NCBI GenBank assembly: GCA_963724325.1
Contig: CAVRUH010000005.1
Coordinates: forward strand, 256,001-320,000
DNA: 64,000 bases
Source of the DNA: Waddliaceae bacterium
GTDB lineage: Bacteria; Chlamydiota; Chlamydiia; Chlamydiales; Waddliaceae
Reading direction: 5' to 3'
Part shown: piece after piece, positions 27,887-37,284 of the stretch
Layout of the letters: the number at the start of each line of letters is the position of its first letter
Numbering within the stretch: the stretch's first letter is position 1
The notes under the pieces: model-generated
Seen by the model: the letters and a program-made list of their open reading frames with translations, nothing else
The model's database searches: none
What the model was told of the DNA's origin: nothing
Program-made: the position numbers and the translations under genes

Positions 27887-28780
27887 ATGAATACAATACT
27901 ATCTTTAGATGGCGGCGGTGTTCGTGGAATTATGCCCGCTGTTGTTCTAGCAGAAATCAACGATCTTGCCGGTAGACCTTTGACCGAACTTTTCCACTAC
28001 CAGATAGCAAGTTCAACAGGTGGTATCATTCAAGGAGCAAGTAATCTCCCCGATAAACCATTTTCCTATAAAGATATCGTTCAGCTCTATAAAGATAAAG
28101 CTCAAGATATTTTTAATAGAACTATTTGGAGTAAAATCACAAACCCAGAAGGATTATTTAAACCTAAATACCCTGAAACTGGCATTGATGCATTGTTCAA
28201 AAAAGAGTTTGGAGATGTAACCTTAAGTCAACTACGATCCAAGCATATTCATTTTACCTCTTACGACTTGCAGAAAGAGGCTTTTGTGACCCTGAATAGT
28301 AAAGATAACCCGAAAATGCTTTTGCGGGACACAGTTCGCGAGGCAACAGCGGCTCCATATTATTTTAAAGAGAAATCTGGGCATATCGATGGGGGGGTGG
28401 GAGCAAATAATCCTTCAGGAGTCGGGTATAGTATTGCAGTAAAAGAGGGTGCCTCTAATAGAAATACATTTGTATTATCTGTAGGAACTGGAAAAGTAAA
28501 AACCGGAATTAACTTAGGCGACGGAGGCCTTTTGGGAGTTCTTCCAAAGCTTCCTAGGCTATATACGGAAGTCGAAATGGGGGCTGCAGATTTAATGATG
28601 ATCAATTTTCTTGGAAAAAATTATTTCAGGATCGAATTTAGCCTCACAGACGAACAGGATTCATTAGATAATGCATCCTCAGATAATTTAAATACCCTTG
28701 AAAAAATTGCTGAAACCTACATAGATAACCACAAAGATGATCTAACAAGACTAGTCAAAAAGCTAGTTGGTAAAAAATAA
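27887..28780 (+). CDS. Patatin-like phospholipase
   Basis: LSLDGGGVRG oxyanion loop, ASSTG nucleophile elbow (GxSxG variant), AAPYYF, DGGVGANNP, LSVGTG. Confidence 0.88.
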   Translation: MNTILSLDGGGVRGIMPAVVLAEINDLAGRPLTELFHYQIASSTGGIIQGASNLPDKPFSYKDIVQLYKDKAQDIFNRTIWSKITNPEGLFKPKYPETGIDALFKKEFGDVTLSQLRSKHIHFTSYDLQKEAFVTLNSKDNPKMLLRDTVREATAAPYYFKEKSGHIDGGVGANNPSGVGYSIAVKEGASNRNTFVLSVGTGKVKTGINLGDGGLLGVLPKLPRLYTEVEMGAADLMMINFLGKNYFRIEFSLTDEQDSLDNASSDNLNTLEKIAETYIDNHKDDLTRLVKKLVGKK

Positions 28781-28798
28781 AAATTTACTGCTTCGGTA

Positions 28799-28963
28799 TA
28801 TACCGAAGTAACCTCATAATTTGATTTTGTGGCTTCGTCAAAGCCCCGGGGTTGAATCGATCGTAAATGACCTTATATTTCTAATATTAGGTCATTTACG
28901 ATCGTTCAACCGCGGGTGCTTTCACGAAGCCACAGAACCAAATTATGAGGTTACTTCGGTATA
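28799..28963. repeat. 165-bp imperfect palindrome (MITE/REP-like)
   Basis: TATACCGAAGTAACCTCATAATTTG... and ...CAAATTATGAGGTTACTTCGGTATA arms with pairing along most of the length; overlaps OTU gene stop. Confidence 0.85.
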
Positions 28964-29790
28964 AGTAAGTCGTAGTGCCCTGGACGATAGAGGAGTGAAA
29001 TGTCTTCTCCATTTCCGCCAATAAAATGGTGCTCGGCATCCATGGGTTCTCCTTTTCCTATTGCAGAAGCATGCAGGATGTGAAACTTTAAACCTAAAAC
29101 ATCTGCAAGAACGTTAAGTTCAGCATTACCTCCCATTTCAGCCTTAGCCATATCTACCATCTTGAGTTTATAATTCTTGTAAGAGCCATAATCGACAATT
29201 GCAGCATTTATAGCGCCTTCATTATTTTCCGTCCCCCTAACAGCAATTTTACGCAGGATATGTACAAGTTTGTTAGATAATCGGGTATTTCCAATTAAAC
29301 TTTCAACGGAAGCATCCTTGTTTTCAGCGAGAAAATCTGCTAGTTCTTTTGGAATAGCATCATTTATATCCTTGCCATTTTTAAGGTGGTATAGCATTCC
29401 AGCAGCAATAGCGCGGAACATGCAGTGGCCATCCCCCTTTATCCTACGCAATTTGTATTGGGTATCTAAGGTTTCCAATCCTTTTTTGACATCACCTGAA
29501 TCATAGGTTTTTGCAAGTGATTTTAGAGTTGATTGTTTGTCCATGAGAGGTCGTTGGACCTGTTTTGCATCGATTTTGCTGAAAATTTTGGTAGCAATAC
29601 TTTCCAAACGTTGGCGAAGTTCAAATACCTGTCTTGGATTGTGACCTCTTTCCCGCAGGCCGCTTAAGTCATCTTCAAAAATCTCAATAAATCCTTTGTC
29701 TACCTCACAACCATTCTTTTGTGCTTTTTCCATGCATTGCATAAAGTAAACTGTATCTTGATATGAAGGGAAATTATTATTATTTACCAT
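28951..29790 (-). CDS. OTU/otubain-like cysteine protease (putative deubiquitinase effector)
   Basis: RRIKGDGHCMFRAIA (D-x-x-C) and LLYRPGHYD (His box as in otubains). Confidence 0.82.
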   Translation of the reverse strand: MVNNNNFPSYQDTVYFMQCMEKAQKNGCEVDKGFIEIFEDDLSGLRERGHNPRQVFELRQRLESIATKIFSKIDAKQVQRPLMDKQSTLKSLAKTYDSGDVKKGLETLDTQYKLRRIKGDGHCMFRAIAAGMLYHLKNGKDINDAIPKELADFLAENKDASVESLIGNTRLSNKLVHILRKIAVRGTENNEGAINAAIVDYGSYKNYKLKMVDMAKAEMGGNAELNVLADVLGLKFHILHASAIGKGEPMDAEHHFIGGNGEDISLLYRPGHYDLLIPK

Positions 29791-29902
29791 TTTCTACCTC
29801 ATCGGTATTGCTTATATGTTATTATACAAGATTTTACTAATAAATTTAAATAAAAAAAATTTAAATAAATATCTATCTAATAGATAATAAAAATGTACGG
29901 AC

Positions 29903-30017
29903 TTTCAGCAAAATCTATGTTTTTTTAAGCGATTTGGCTGAAAGTCGATAGAGTTTCAGCCAAATCTATGTTTTTTTATGAGATTTGGCTGAAAGTCGAT
30001 AGAGTTTCAGCCAAATC
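29903..30017. repeat. 51-bp tandem repeat (about 2.3 copies) carrying inverted TTTCAGCCAAATC / GATTTGGCTGAAA sites; probable operator array
   Basis: TTTCAGC at 29903, 29954, 30005 with inverted copies between them; immediately upstream of ATPase gene. Confidence 0.8.
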
Positions 30018-30076
30018 TTTTGCATATAAATTGTAACTTGTGCTATAATTCAGCATGTAGAAATATGAGGAATATA

Positions 30077-31537
30077 ATGAAAAATCGGATATTTGGAAGA
30101 GCCAAAGAAATTGAAAAACTAAATCGTTTGATCATTTCTAAAAAATCTGAATTCCTTGCCATTTACGGCAGAAGAAGAGTAGGTAAAACGTTCCTCATAC
30201 AAGAATATTTTAAGGATAAAGGAATATTTTTCTCATTCACAGGAACAAAAAATGGAGGTAAACGGACTCAAATCCACAAATTCTATAGAGAACTTCAAAA
30301 TAAATTTCAGATTCCTATAACCATTCCCGAACCAAAAAATTGGGATGATGCACTTTATGCGCTTAAAGAAGCCATCAACAAAATTGATTCCACAAAAAAA
30401 ATTATTATTTTCTTCGACGAACTTCCATGGTTAGCCTCAAAAAGCTCAGGTTTTTTGGAATCGTTAGAATATTTATGGAATCAATATCTATCTTCTATGA
30501 ATAATGTCATTTTAGTCGTTTGTGGTTCGGCAGCAAATTGGATTATCAGAAAGGTCATCAACAATAAAGGGGGCCTCTACGGGAGACTAAGTGAGGTGAT
30601 AAGGCTTAATGCTTTTAATCTCGAAGAAGTAGAAAAATTTCTCGTATTAAATGGCGTTAAACTATCTCAAAAACAAATTGTTGAATTATACATGTGTTTT
30701 GGCGGAGTAGCAAAATATCTCACATACATTCTTCCTGGCGAATCTTCTGCACAGGCCATCAACCGATTGTGTTTTAGCTCCCAGGGTCCATTGGTTATTG
30801 AATTTAATAGCCTCTACCAGTCGCTCTTCGAAAATGCATCAAAGCATATCGAAATAGTTAGGACTCTTGCTGAAAAAAAAACAGGAATTTCAAAAACTGA
30901 GCTATATAAAAAAGTAGGCATGAGCGTCGGCGGACAGTCAAAATTGATTTTAGATGAGTTAGAGGAGTCAGGATTTATTACTGAAAATCCTGAATTTCAA
31001 AAGAGGGTAAAAGATAAGCGCTTATGGCTGATAGATGAGTATTCATATTTTTATCTCACATGGATTGAACGAACAAAATCGAGTATTATTATGGGGAACG
31101 ATGACGATTTTTGGCTCAAAATGCAAAGTGAGTCTCAGTGGAAAACTTGGGCTGGATATGCATTTGAAAGCATATGCTTTAAGCATATTCCACAAATAAA
31201 AAAAGCATTGGGTATTTCAGCCCTCCTGACATCTGAATCACAGTGGGTTTATAAACCCAAAAATAGTTCAGAACAAGGAGTGCAAATTGACCTAATTATT
31301 GACCGTAAGGATGATTGCATAAATCTTTGCGAGATTAAGTTTTCAAGTGGTCAATTTGTCATAAATAAGAGTTATGCAAAGGAACTTGAAACAAAAATCA
31401 GTGTGTTTCGGGAGCAAACAGGGACTAACAAAACAATATTTCTAACTTTTATTACTCCCTTTGGACTACACAAAAATGAATATTCAATTGGATTAGTAAA
31501 TCAAGAGCTAACACTTGAAGACTTTTTTCAATATTAG
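30077..31537 (+). CDS. AAA/archaeal-type ATPase with winged helix and C-terminal PD-(D/E)xK-like domain
   Basis: IFGRAKE, GRRRVGKT Walker A, FFDELPW Walker B, QIDLIIDR...LCEIKF. Confidence 0.85.
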   Translation: MKNRIFGRAKEIEKLNRLIISKKSEFLAIYGRRRVGKTFLIQEYFKDKGIFFSFTGTKNGGKRTQIHKFYRELQNKFQIPITIPEPKNWDDALYALKEAINKIDSTKKIIIFFDELPWLASKSSGFLESLEYLWNQYLSSMNNVILVVCGSAANWIIRKVINNKGGLYGRLSEVIRLNAFNLEEVEKFLVLNGVKLSQKQIVELYMCFGGVAKYLTYILPGESSAQAINRLCFSSQGPLVIEFNSLYQSLFENASKHIEIVRTLAEKKTGISKTELYKKVGMSVGGQSKLILDELEESGFITENPEFQKRVKDKRLWLIDEYSYFYLTWIERTKSSIIMGNDDDFWLKMQSESQWKTWAGYAFESICFKHIPQIKKALGISALLTSESQWVYKPKNSSEQGVQIDLIIDRKDDCINLCEIKFSSGQFVINKSYAKELETKISVFREQTGTNKTIFLTFITPFGLHKNEYSIGLVNQELTLEDFFQY

Positions 31538-31642
31538 TCTCATTGTAAACTGAGGTTTGCGATCATGTGCATCTTTTTTTTTATAATTCTTGCAAAAGGA
31601 TGTTGAATATGGTAGAAAAGAGCATTACATTTGGAGATAAAT

Positions 31643-32224
31643 ATGTCGTTTACATTGCAGTTAGGTCAGCGGGCGCCCAGTTTCAATTTGCCAGCAACGG
31701 ATGGAAAAAAGTATGGATTAAATGATTTTGATCCCTATGATGCTTTAGTCGTTTTCTTTACTTGTAATCATTGCCCTTATGTAAAAGGTTCAGATGAAGT
31801 AACTCGTAAAACTGTCGAAAAGTTCATTCCTAAAAATGTAGCCTTTGTAGCGATAAATTCTAACAGTGAACAGACATATCCTGAAGATTCGTTCGATCAT
31901 ATGGTTGAAAGAATGAAAAATAACAAGTTTCCTTGGATTTATCTCTATGATAAATCTCAAGATATCGCAAAAGCCTACGGTGCACTTCGCACCCCTCATT
32001 TTTATGTTTTTGATAAGAACCGCAATCTGATTTATACCGGCAGGGGAGTAGATAGCCCAAGAGATATTTCAAAAATGAAAATAAACAATCTTGAAATGGC
32101 GCTGGATGAACACCTTTCTGGCAAACCTATTTCAATTCCTTTAACCAATCCCATTGGTTGCAATGTAAAATGGGAAGGGAAGGATGCCCATTGGATGCCT
32201 CCAGATGCTTGCGATCTGGTCTAA
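31643..32224 (+). CDS. Thioredoxin-fold protein (AhpC/TSA family)
   Basis: [36 protein letters not shown]. Confidence 0.88.
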   Translation: MSFTLQLGQRAPSFNLPATDGKKYGLNDFDPYDALVVFFTCNHCPYVKGSDEVTRKTVEKFIPKNVAFVAINSNSEQTYPEDSFDHMVERMKNNKFPWIYLYDKSQDIAKAYGALRTPHFYVFDKNRNLIYTGRGVDSPRDISKMKINNLEMALDEHLSGKPISIPLTNPIGCNVKWEGKDAHWMPPDACDLV

Positions 32225-32298
32225 AAATCACAAATAGTCAAAATTAATTCGACATAGTTTCATTTTAAAAAAAAATTCTATTATGTTATAGAATAGTT

Positions 32299-33204
32299 AT
32301 GTTATCAGCTACCTATTGGATGATCATTTCTGGAGTTTTTGGAGCCCTGTCCAATCTTTGCATGCGTAAAAGCATGGACGCAAAAGGTTCTGTTTTTGCC
32401 TTCTTTTTCTTCCAGCTATTATTGACATTTATAGTTTGTTGCATTGCATGCCCTATTAGAACTAATTGTTATTCAATCAATCTCTATACTATTCTCATAG
32501 GTCTTTTAACTGGTATGGCCCTCGGTTTGTTAAAGTGTGTGATAGGTTTTGCCCTAAAAAAAGGACCCGCAGGCCTCACTTTTGTTTCTGTAAATATGGC
32601 TTCAGTAGCACCTGCATTCATAATTACATTCTTCTTCAGCCAGGAAATCAATTTTTATTATACAACGTGGCAGCTAATTGGATCTGTTTTAATTGTAATT
32701 GGTTTGATATGGGCAGTCTGGAATCATGATTTTATTTTTCCAAAATGGAAGTGGATTATTTTTGCAATGCTTGGTTTTTGCGCTCATACGGTCTATTTAA
32801 TTCTGATACAGTCGAATATTTTTATTCTTGAGAATCATCATTGGCTCGATGCCTTTTGGCGTATTGGTTCGGAGGAACTTCATTCTGAATGGCATGTGCC
32901 TGTGATTTTTGGAACTGCCTGTGTGATGCACATGACGATTTACGCCATTGGGGAAAAAAGAATGCCTTCTTTTAGAGAAATCATATGGGGTATCTTGGGT
33001 GGAATTTGCAATGGTATTTGTGCCATGATTTTTATGCATGCCTTAAGCCTTGCATCGGGAGTTGAAAGAAGTTTTATTTTTCCCATTTTTTCAATCAGTC
33101 TAATTGTATCTTGCAACATCTGGGCACAATATCTTTATCAAGAAAGGGTAAATTGGCGAGCAAATGGCCTTTGTCTATTGGGCCTATTCGCCGGTTCCGC
33201 ATAA
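32299..33204 (+). CDS. EamA/DMT-like membrane protein
   Basis: ~10 hydrophobic helices in two repeats, ALKKGPAGLT and LYQERVN motifs. Confidence 0.7.
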   Translation: MLSATYWMIISGVFGALSNLCMRKSMDAKGSVFAFFFFQLLLTFIVCCIACPIRTNCYSINLYTILIGLLTGMALGLLKCVIGFALKKGPAGLTFVSVNMASVAPAFIITFFFSQEINFYYTTWQLIGSVLIVIGLIWAVWNHDFIFPKWKWIIFAMLGFCAHTVYLILIQSNIFILENHHWLDAFWRIGSEELHSEWHVPVIFGTACVMHMTIYAIGEKRMPSFREIIWGILGGICNGICAMIFMHALSLASGVERSFIFPIFSISLIVSCNIWAQYLYQERVNWRANGLCLLGLFAGSA

Positions 33205-33288
33205 TTCAGGCAAAGTGACAAAATGCTTTGAGAAAATGTTTGTCTTAGACTATATCTGAACTCGACTTTATATAATCAGGAGTTAAGT

Positions 33289-34113
33289 ATGATAAAAAAT
33301 ATAGTCACGGGTACTTCAGAGGGTGAGCCACAGATAAAACGCCAAAAATCTCGTTCTTCAAGATCAAATCCACTATTTTTACTTCGAGAAAATGCCCTCA
33401 ACAATGAGGAATTATCAATTATGGTAGAACAGGCGAAAAATAATGCTATTCCAAAAAATGCTGGTCATGGAATGGCTGAATCCAAATGCTTTTGTTTGAA
33501 TGCCATTGTAAAATGGGGTCGAAATTTGCAACCGGAAATTGATTCAAATGTCAAAATTCAAGATCTTCTCCCTCGTTCAAAAGCTAATCCATGGGAATCC
33601 CTGAGCGAATCTGTCCAGAGGACAGTTTTAAAAATGCTGGGAATTCTAGGTCAACAATCGCAAAAAATGGGAGCGAATCTGATTGATAAGACCTCATGGG
33701 TTGTATTTGAACTTATACGAGTTCCTCTCCATAAAGGAGTAAAGGTCCCAGAGCTTGAATGGCATCGGGATGGGGGATACATTAATAATTTTGATAATCC
33801 TTGTTCTTGTTATGCAGACTACTCCACTATTTTTATGCTTTCTGAAGGAAATGAGGGTTGGAAAGGTGGTGATCTAGTATTGCAAAGAAATGGGATCGAA
33901 AGAAAAGATCAACCGCCAACTCATGGTGATCAGTCAACATTAATTCAGTATCATCACAATGAAGCAGTGACTTTCTACAATAAAGACTCAAGGCATTGTG
34001 TGACTCAAATTGATCCCAAAACAGATATGAATAGAATAATATTTGCCTGTTGTATATATGGTCAAAAAGAAACCAAGGATTACCGGTCTTCTCAGGTGAA
34101 TAAAATATTATGA
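33289..34113 (+). CDS. Putative 2OG-Fe(II) oxygenase
   Basis: WHRD (HxD), WKGGDL, RHCVT distal His and downstream Arg. Confidence 0.6.
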   Translation: MIKNIVTGTSEGEPQIKRQKSRSSRSNPLFLLRENALNNEELSIMVEQAKNNAIPKNAGHGMAESKCFCLNAIVKWGRNLQPEIDSNVKIQDLLPRSKANPWESLSESVQRTVLKMLGILGQQSQKMGANLIDKTSWVVFELIRVPLHKGVKVPELEWHRDGGYINNFDNPCSCYADYSTIFMLSEGNEGWKGGDLVLQRNGIERKDQPPTHGDQSTLIQYHHNEAVTFYNKDSRHCVTQIDPKTDMNRIIFACCIYGQKETKDYRSSQVNKIL

Positions 34114-35138
34114 ATTCAGAACATCTATTAAAATTCAGTCAACTTGCTCCTGATATGCAAACTGAGGCAGCAATACGCCTCACTGCAACAAAGAAGAATT
34201 TTCCTATCCTCAAAGGAATGTCTCTTTATAAGCTCGTTCTAGCGCCTCATGGAATTCGTGAACCTCATTGGCATGCCAATGCTGATGAATTGGGCTATTG
34301 TTTGAAAGGAGAGGTGCTCATCAGCCTTTATCATACAGGTGATGCAAAAGCGACTTTTTTAGTTCGACCTGGCGAAGCTTTTTTAATTCCTTCTGGTGCA
34401 CTCCATTATATTGAAAATGCAGGTCTAGTCCCAGCTGAACTCATATTAAATTTTTCCCATGAAGATCCCGAAGATTTTCATTTATCCAGTATTTTGGGTA
34501 TGTTTTCCGATGCAGTGTTAGGGAATACGTGGAATGTAAAGCAAGAAGTTTTTCATTCATTAGATCGTTCTCTGAAATCATCCTTTGCTGTTTTGCGAAA
34601 AAATGCTTCTGTTATTCCTGAAGAAGCCCGCTATGCTACTCCTTATCGATACAGCTTGGAAGCTTCGCAACCTCTTGTAATGAATGAAGGGGGTTCGGCT
34701 CGCATGGCGCGTCGAAGTACTTGGCCTATTGCTAAGCGACAAGCTATCTATTTGCTGCATCTTACAGGTGAGGGGATGCGAGAGCCTCATTGGCATCCAG
34801 AAACAGCAGAATTGGGATATGTTGCAAAAGGCAACGGCCGTATGTCTATTCTAAGCCCTTCCGGAAAAGTTGATACTTACACTATGGAAGAAGGGGATCT
34901 ATATTTTATTCCTAAAGCTTATCCACATCATATCGAAAATCTAACTAAAGACACTTTGAATATCTTGATATTTTTTGATCAAGCAATGCCCGGCGATATT
35001 GGATTTACTGGAAGTGTTCGCTCTTACTCAAATGAAGTACTTTCTGCAGTAATGAACTGCAACCCAGACTTTTTTCAACAGCTGCAAAAAGATTACACTG
35101 ACTTATTCATTGTAAAAAAAATCAATCCCATAGATTGA
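34110..35138 (+). CDS. Oxalate decarboxylase-family bicupin
   Basis: Two REPHWH...E Mn-binding cupin motifs, LHYIEN / PHHIEN. Confidence 0.8.
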   Translation: MNSEHLLKFSQLAPDMQTEAAIRLTATKKNFPILKGMSLYKLVLAPHGIREPHWHANADELGYCLKGEVLISLYHTGDAKATFLVRPGEAFLIPSGALHYIENAGLVPAELILNFSHEDPEDFHLSSILGMFSDAVLGNTWNVKQEVFHSLDRSLKSSFAVLRKNASVIPEEARYATPYRYSLEASQPLVMNEGGSARMARRSTWPIAKRQAIYLLHLTGEGMREPHWHPETAELGYVAKGNGRMSILSPSGKVDTYTMEEGDLYFIPKAYPHHIENLTKDTLNILIFFDQAMPGDIGFTGSVRSYSNEVLSAVMNCNPDFFQQLQKDYTDLFIVKKINPID

Positions 35139-35287
35139 AGAACCAATTTAAAAATTTTTTTTATTGACATTCAATTCACTTTTATAGTAAAATTAGCATA
35201 TAAATTGTATAAAGATTTAATAACTATAGTCGATTAAAGAATATTTAATTGCTATTTAAATGAATATATTTTAAAAAGGATTTTAAT

Positions 35288-36271
35288 ATGAATAGGATAG
35301 AATTTTTCGATATTAACTTTAATTATTTTTCTCATTCCATGCTGTCTGAACTTAAAGAAATTAAGCAAGAACCTGTCCAGCAAGTCTCCCAATCTCCCAT
35401 AAGTGCCATAGTTACAAAAAAAATAAAAGAGGATAACCAGGAGATCGAACGACAAAAACAACTCAAGTTCGAACGACGAGCACAACTCCAGGATAGGCAA
35501 AGTTATTTAGAGAGCATTTCAAAAGACTTGATGGAAAGAATAATAGCTCCACAGTTAGAGCCGCAGGATCTTGTAGCATTGTCGAAGGCAAGCCCAATGC
35601 TAGCAGAAAAAACAACAAATACTAGAGAAAATGTAAATGGATTGCTCAATCCTCTCATTTTAGGTCCTAATCTATGGAAAAAGGTAGGTTTTGAGGTGAA
35701 GGATATACCCGATCTTCCAAAGAATATAGTTAATATTTTAGAAGCCGATTGTCCCTTTTTTGTGGGCAAAAAAGTGCATCAAACACACAAGCTAGTACTC
35801 ATTCCTGCCGGGCTTGACATTCATCGCCAAGGTGAGCTAATGAAGCATCTAAGTACAGGGAATCCTGCAACTGTATTTAGAGGTGTATTGGATGAGCTCG
35901 ATAAAAATATTGGTGACCAAAAAATACTGAAATCGTATTGGATATTAGTGACATGGGATGTTATACCCGGAAGTAGAAGTGAGTCATTTGAGAACCAGCA
36001 AGCCTTGATTGCAAAATGTCCTAGATATCGCTTGCCTACCGCTTTAGAGGCCATTGTACTCCCCACCATGAACTTAGAAAGCTCAGGTAAAGACCCGGTG
36101 TATCTTTTAGGTCAAAATCCTACTACGTACACTCGATGTTCAGACAATTTTGAAGGTGATATATTGACTGTTGGATCTTTTGCACCTTGGGGACTCGACG
36201 TGGACATCGACCCTCTTGGCGACTGGGAGAGCAATGGTGTTTTGGCCGTATGGGAGTTTATTGGGTCATAG
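35288..36271 (+). CDS. Hypothetical chlamydial effector-like protein (possible degenerate F-box plus C-terminal domain)
   Basis: LESISKDLMERIIAPQLEPQDLVALSK F-box-like stretch; CPFFVGKKVHQTHKLVLIP...YWILVT...YRLPTALEA C-terminal region; start codon uncertain. Confidence 0.5.
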   Translation: MNRIEFFDINFNYFSHSMLSELKEIKQEPVQQVSQSPISAIVTKKIKEDNQEIERQKQLKFERRAQLQDRQSYLESISKDLMERIIAPQLEPQDLVALSKASPMLAEKTTNTRENVNGLLNPLILGPNLWKKVGFEVKDIPDLPKNIVNILEADCPFFVGKKVHQTHKLVLIPAGLDIHRQGELMKHLSTGNPATVFRGVLDELDKNIGDQKILKSYWILVTWDVIPGSRSESFENQQALIAKCPRYRLPTALEAIVLPTMNLESSGKDPVYLLGQNPTTYTRCSDNFEGDILTVGSFAPWGLDVDIDPLGDWESNGVLAVWEFIGS

Positions 36272-36353
36272 GCATGAAAAAATTGACAGATAGATGACAA
36301 AATTCTGCCTAGACTATGCATGTTCGCAGAGAGCAAAAATGTACAAATATTCC

Positions 36354-36500
36354 TAATGATGGGGACTTGGATGAGCTCCGGACGGCTGAAGGCCGGCCCC
36401 TTGATAGCCCAGATCGCAGTGTAGTGAGCGCAAGCGAGCGGAACGGAGGTCTGGTGACCGGCCTTCAGCCGTTCGGAGGCCATTTAAGTCCACATCATTA
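36354..36500. repeat. GC-rich 147-bp imperfect palindrome (MITE/REP-like or structured RNA)
   Basis: TAATGATGGGGACTTGGATGAGCTCCGGACGGCTGAAGGCCGG pairs with CCGGCCTTCAGCCGTTCGGAGGCCATTTAAGTCCACATCATTA. Confidence 0.8.
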
Positions 36501-36574
36501 TGAATAATATAATTTTCTTTAAGTTGACGTCATTGGGCTCGGCCCTCTGCACTTTCTGCAATAAAAAAATAATT

Positions 36575-37114
36575 TTATAACAAGCCAGCTGCTTTACCCA
36601 CCTTTTTAAGTTCATTGATTCTGACGACGGAGGGTCCATGCAGTGGAAAATGCATGACGTATATGAGCGATGAATCTATAGGATCTTGCCATCCATAGGT
36701 CGCTTTCGAAATTTCGGCAAAAAAACTATAAGTAGTTTTACCTACAAAGCAAACAATCAATGGTTTAAATTTTTTTATGGCAGCTCGAATCCTTTTCGCA
36801 CCAGGAATAGCTTCGATTTTTTTAAGTTCGGAAACGGTTCGAGTAGGACGTTCAATCACATTCATTAATCCTAATTGGTAAACAGAGATAAATTTGTTAA
36901 GAAAAAGTTCCTTAAGTTTTTTATCATCTTTTAATTCTTTTTTACTCTCAGGCAAAAGACCTGCTTCATGAAGCAGATACCAAAAGGATTTGTTATTTGA
37001 AAATGGTACCCCTCTAATATAGGTTCCTGGTGAAGGATTTATTCCAATAAATAGGAGTTTCGTCTTTTTAGAAATCTGATATTTTATTTTTGTATATCTA
37101 ATTACATGTTTCAT
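36575..37114 (-). CDS. mug: Mismatch-specific uracil/thymine DNA glycosylase (Mug/TDG family)
   Basis: LLFIGINPS, FWYLLHEAGLL, GLMNVIERPT, CFVGK. Confidence 0.8.
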   Translation of the reverse strand: MKHVIRYTKIKYQISKKTKLLFIGINPSPGTYIRGVPFSNNKSFWYLLHEAGLLPESKKELKDDKKLKELFLNKFISVYQLGLMNVIERPTRTVSELKKIEAIPGAKRIRAAIKKFKPLIVCFVGKTTYSFFAEISKATYGWQDPIDSSLIYVMHFPLHGPSVVRINELKKVGKAAGLL

Positions 37115-37284
37115 ATTTGTGTATATAATAAATATTAATTTAATTTACAAATTTCATTATGGGCTTAGGATGAAGGAAGCCGTGTGAGAATATTTTCTTG
37201 ACATATTACTATTTATTTTTTACGTTGAAATATACCCCTATATAAAGAGAGTTTTATATAAAATTGGGAGGATAATCTATAAAT

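Noticed and set aside
15899..28780. CBASS/Pycsar-type defence system (cNMP domains plus patatin)
   Set aside because: No nucleotide cyclase or CD-NTase in the window, and the cNMP domains are fused to redox and M50 modules rather than TIR or pore effectors.
36112..36507. ORFs 36112..36483 and 36316..36507
   Set aside because: They read through the GC-rich palindromic element and are likely spurious.
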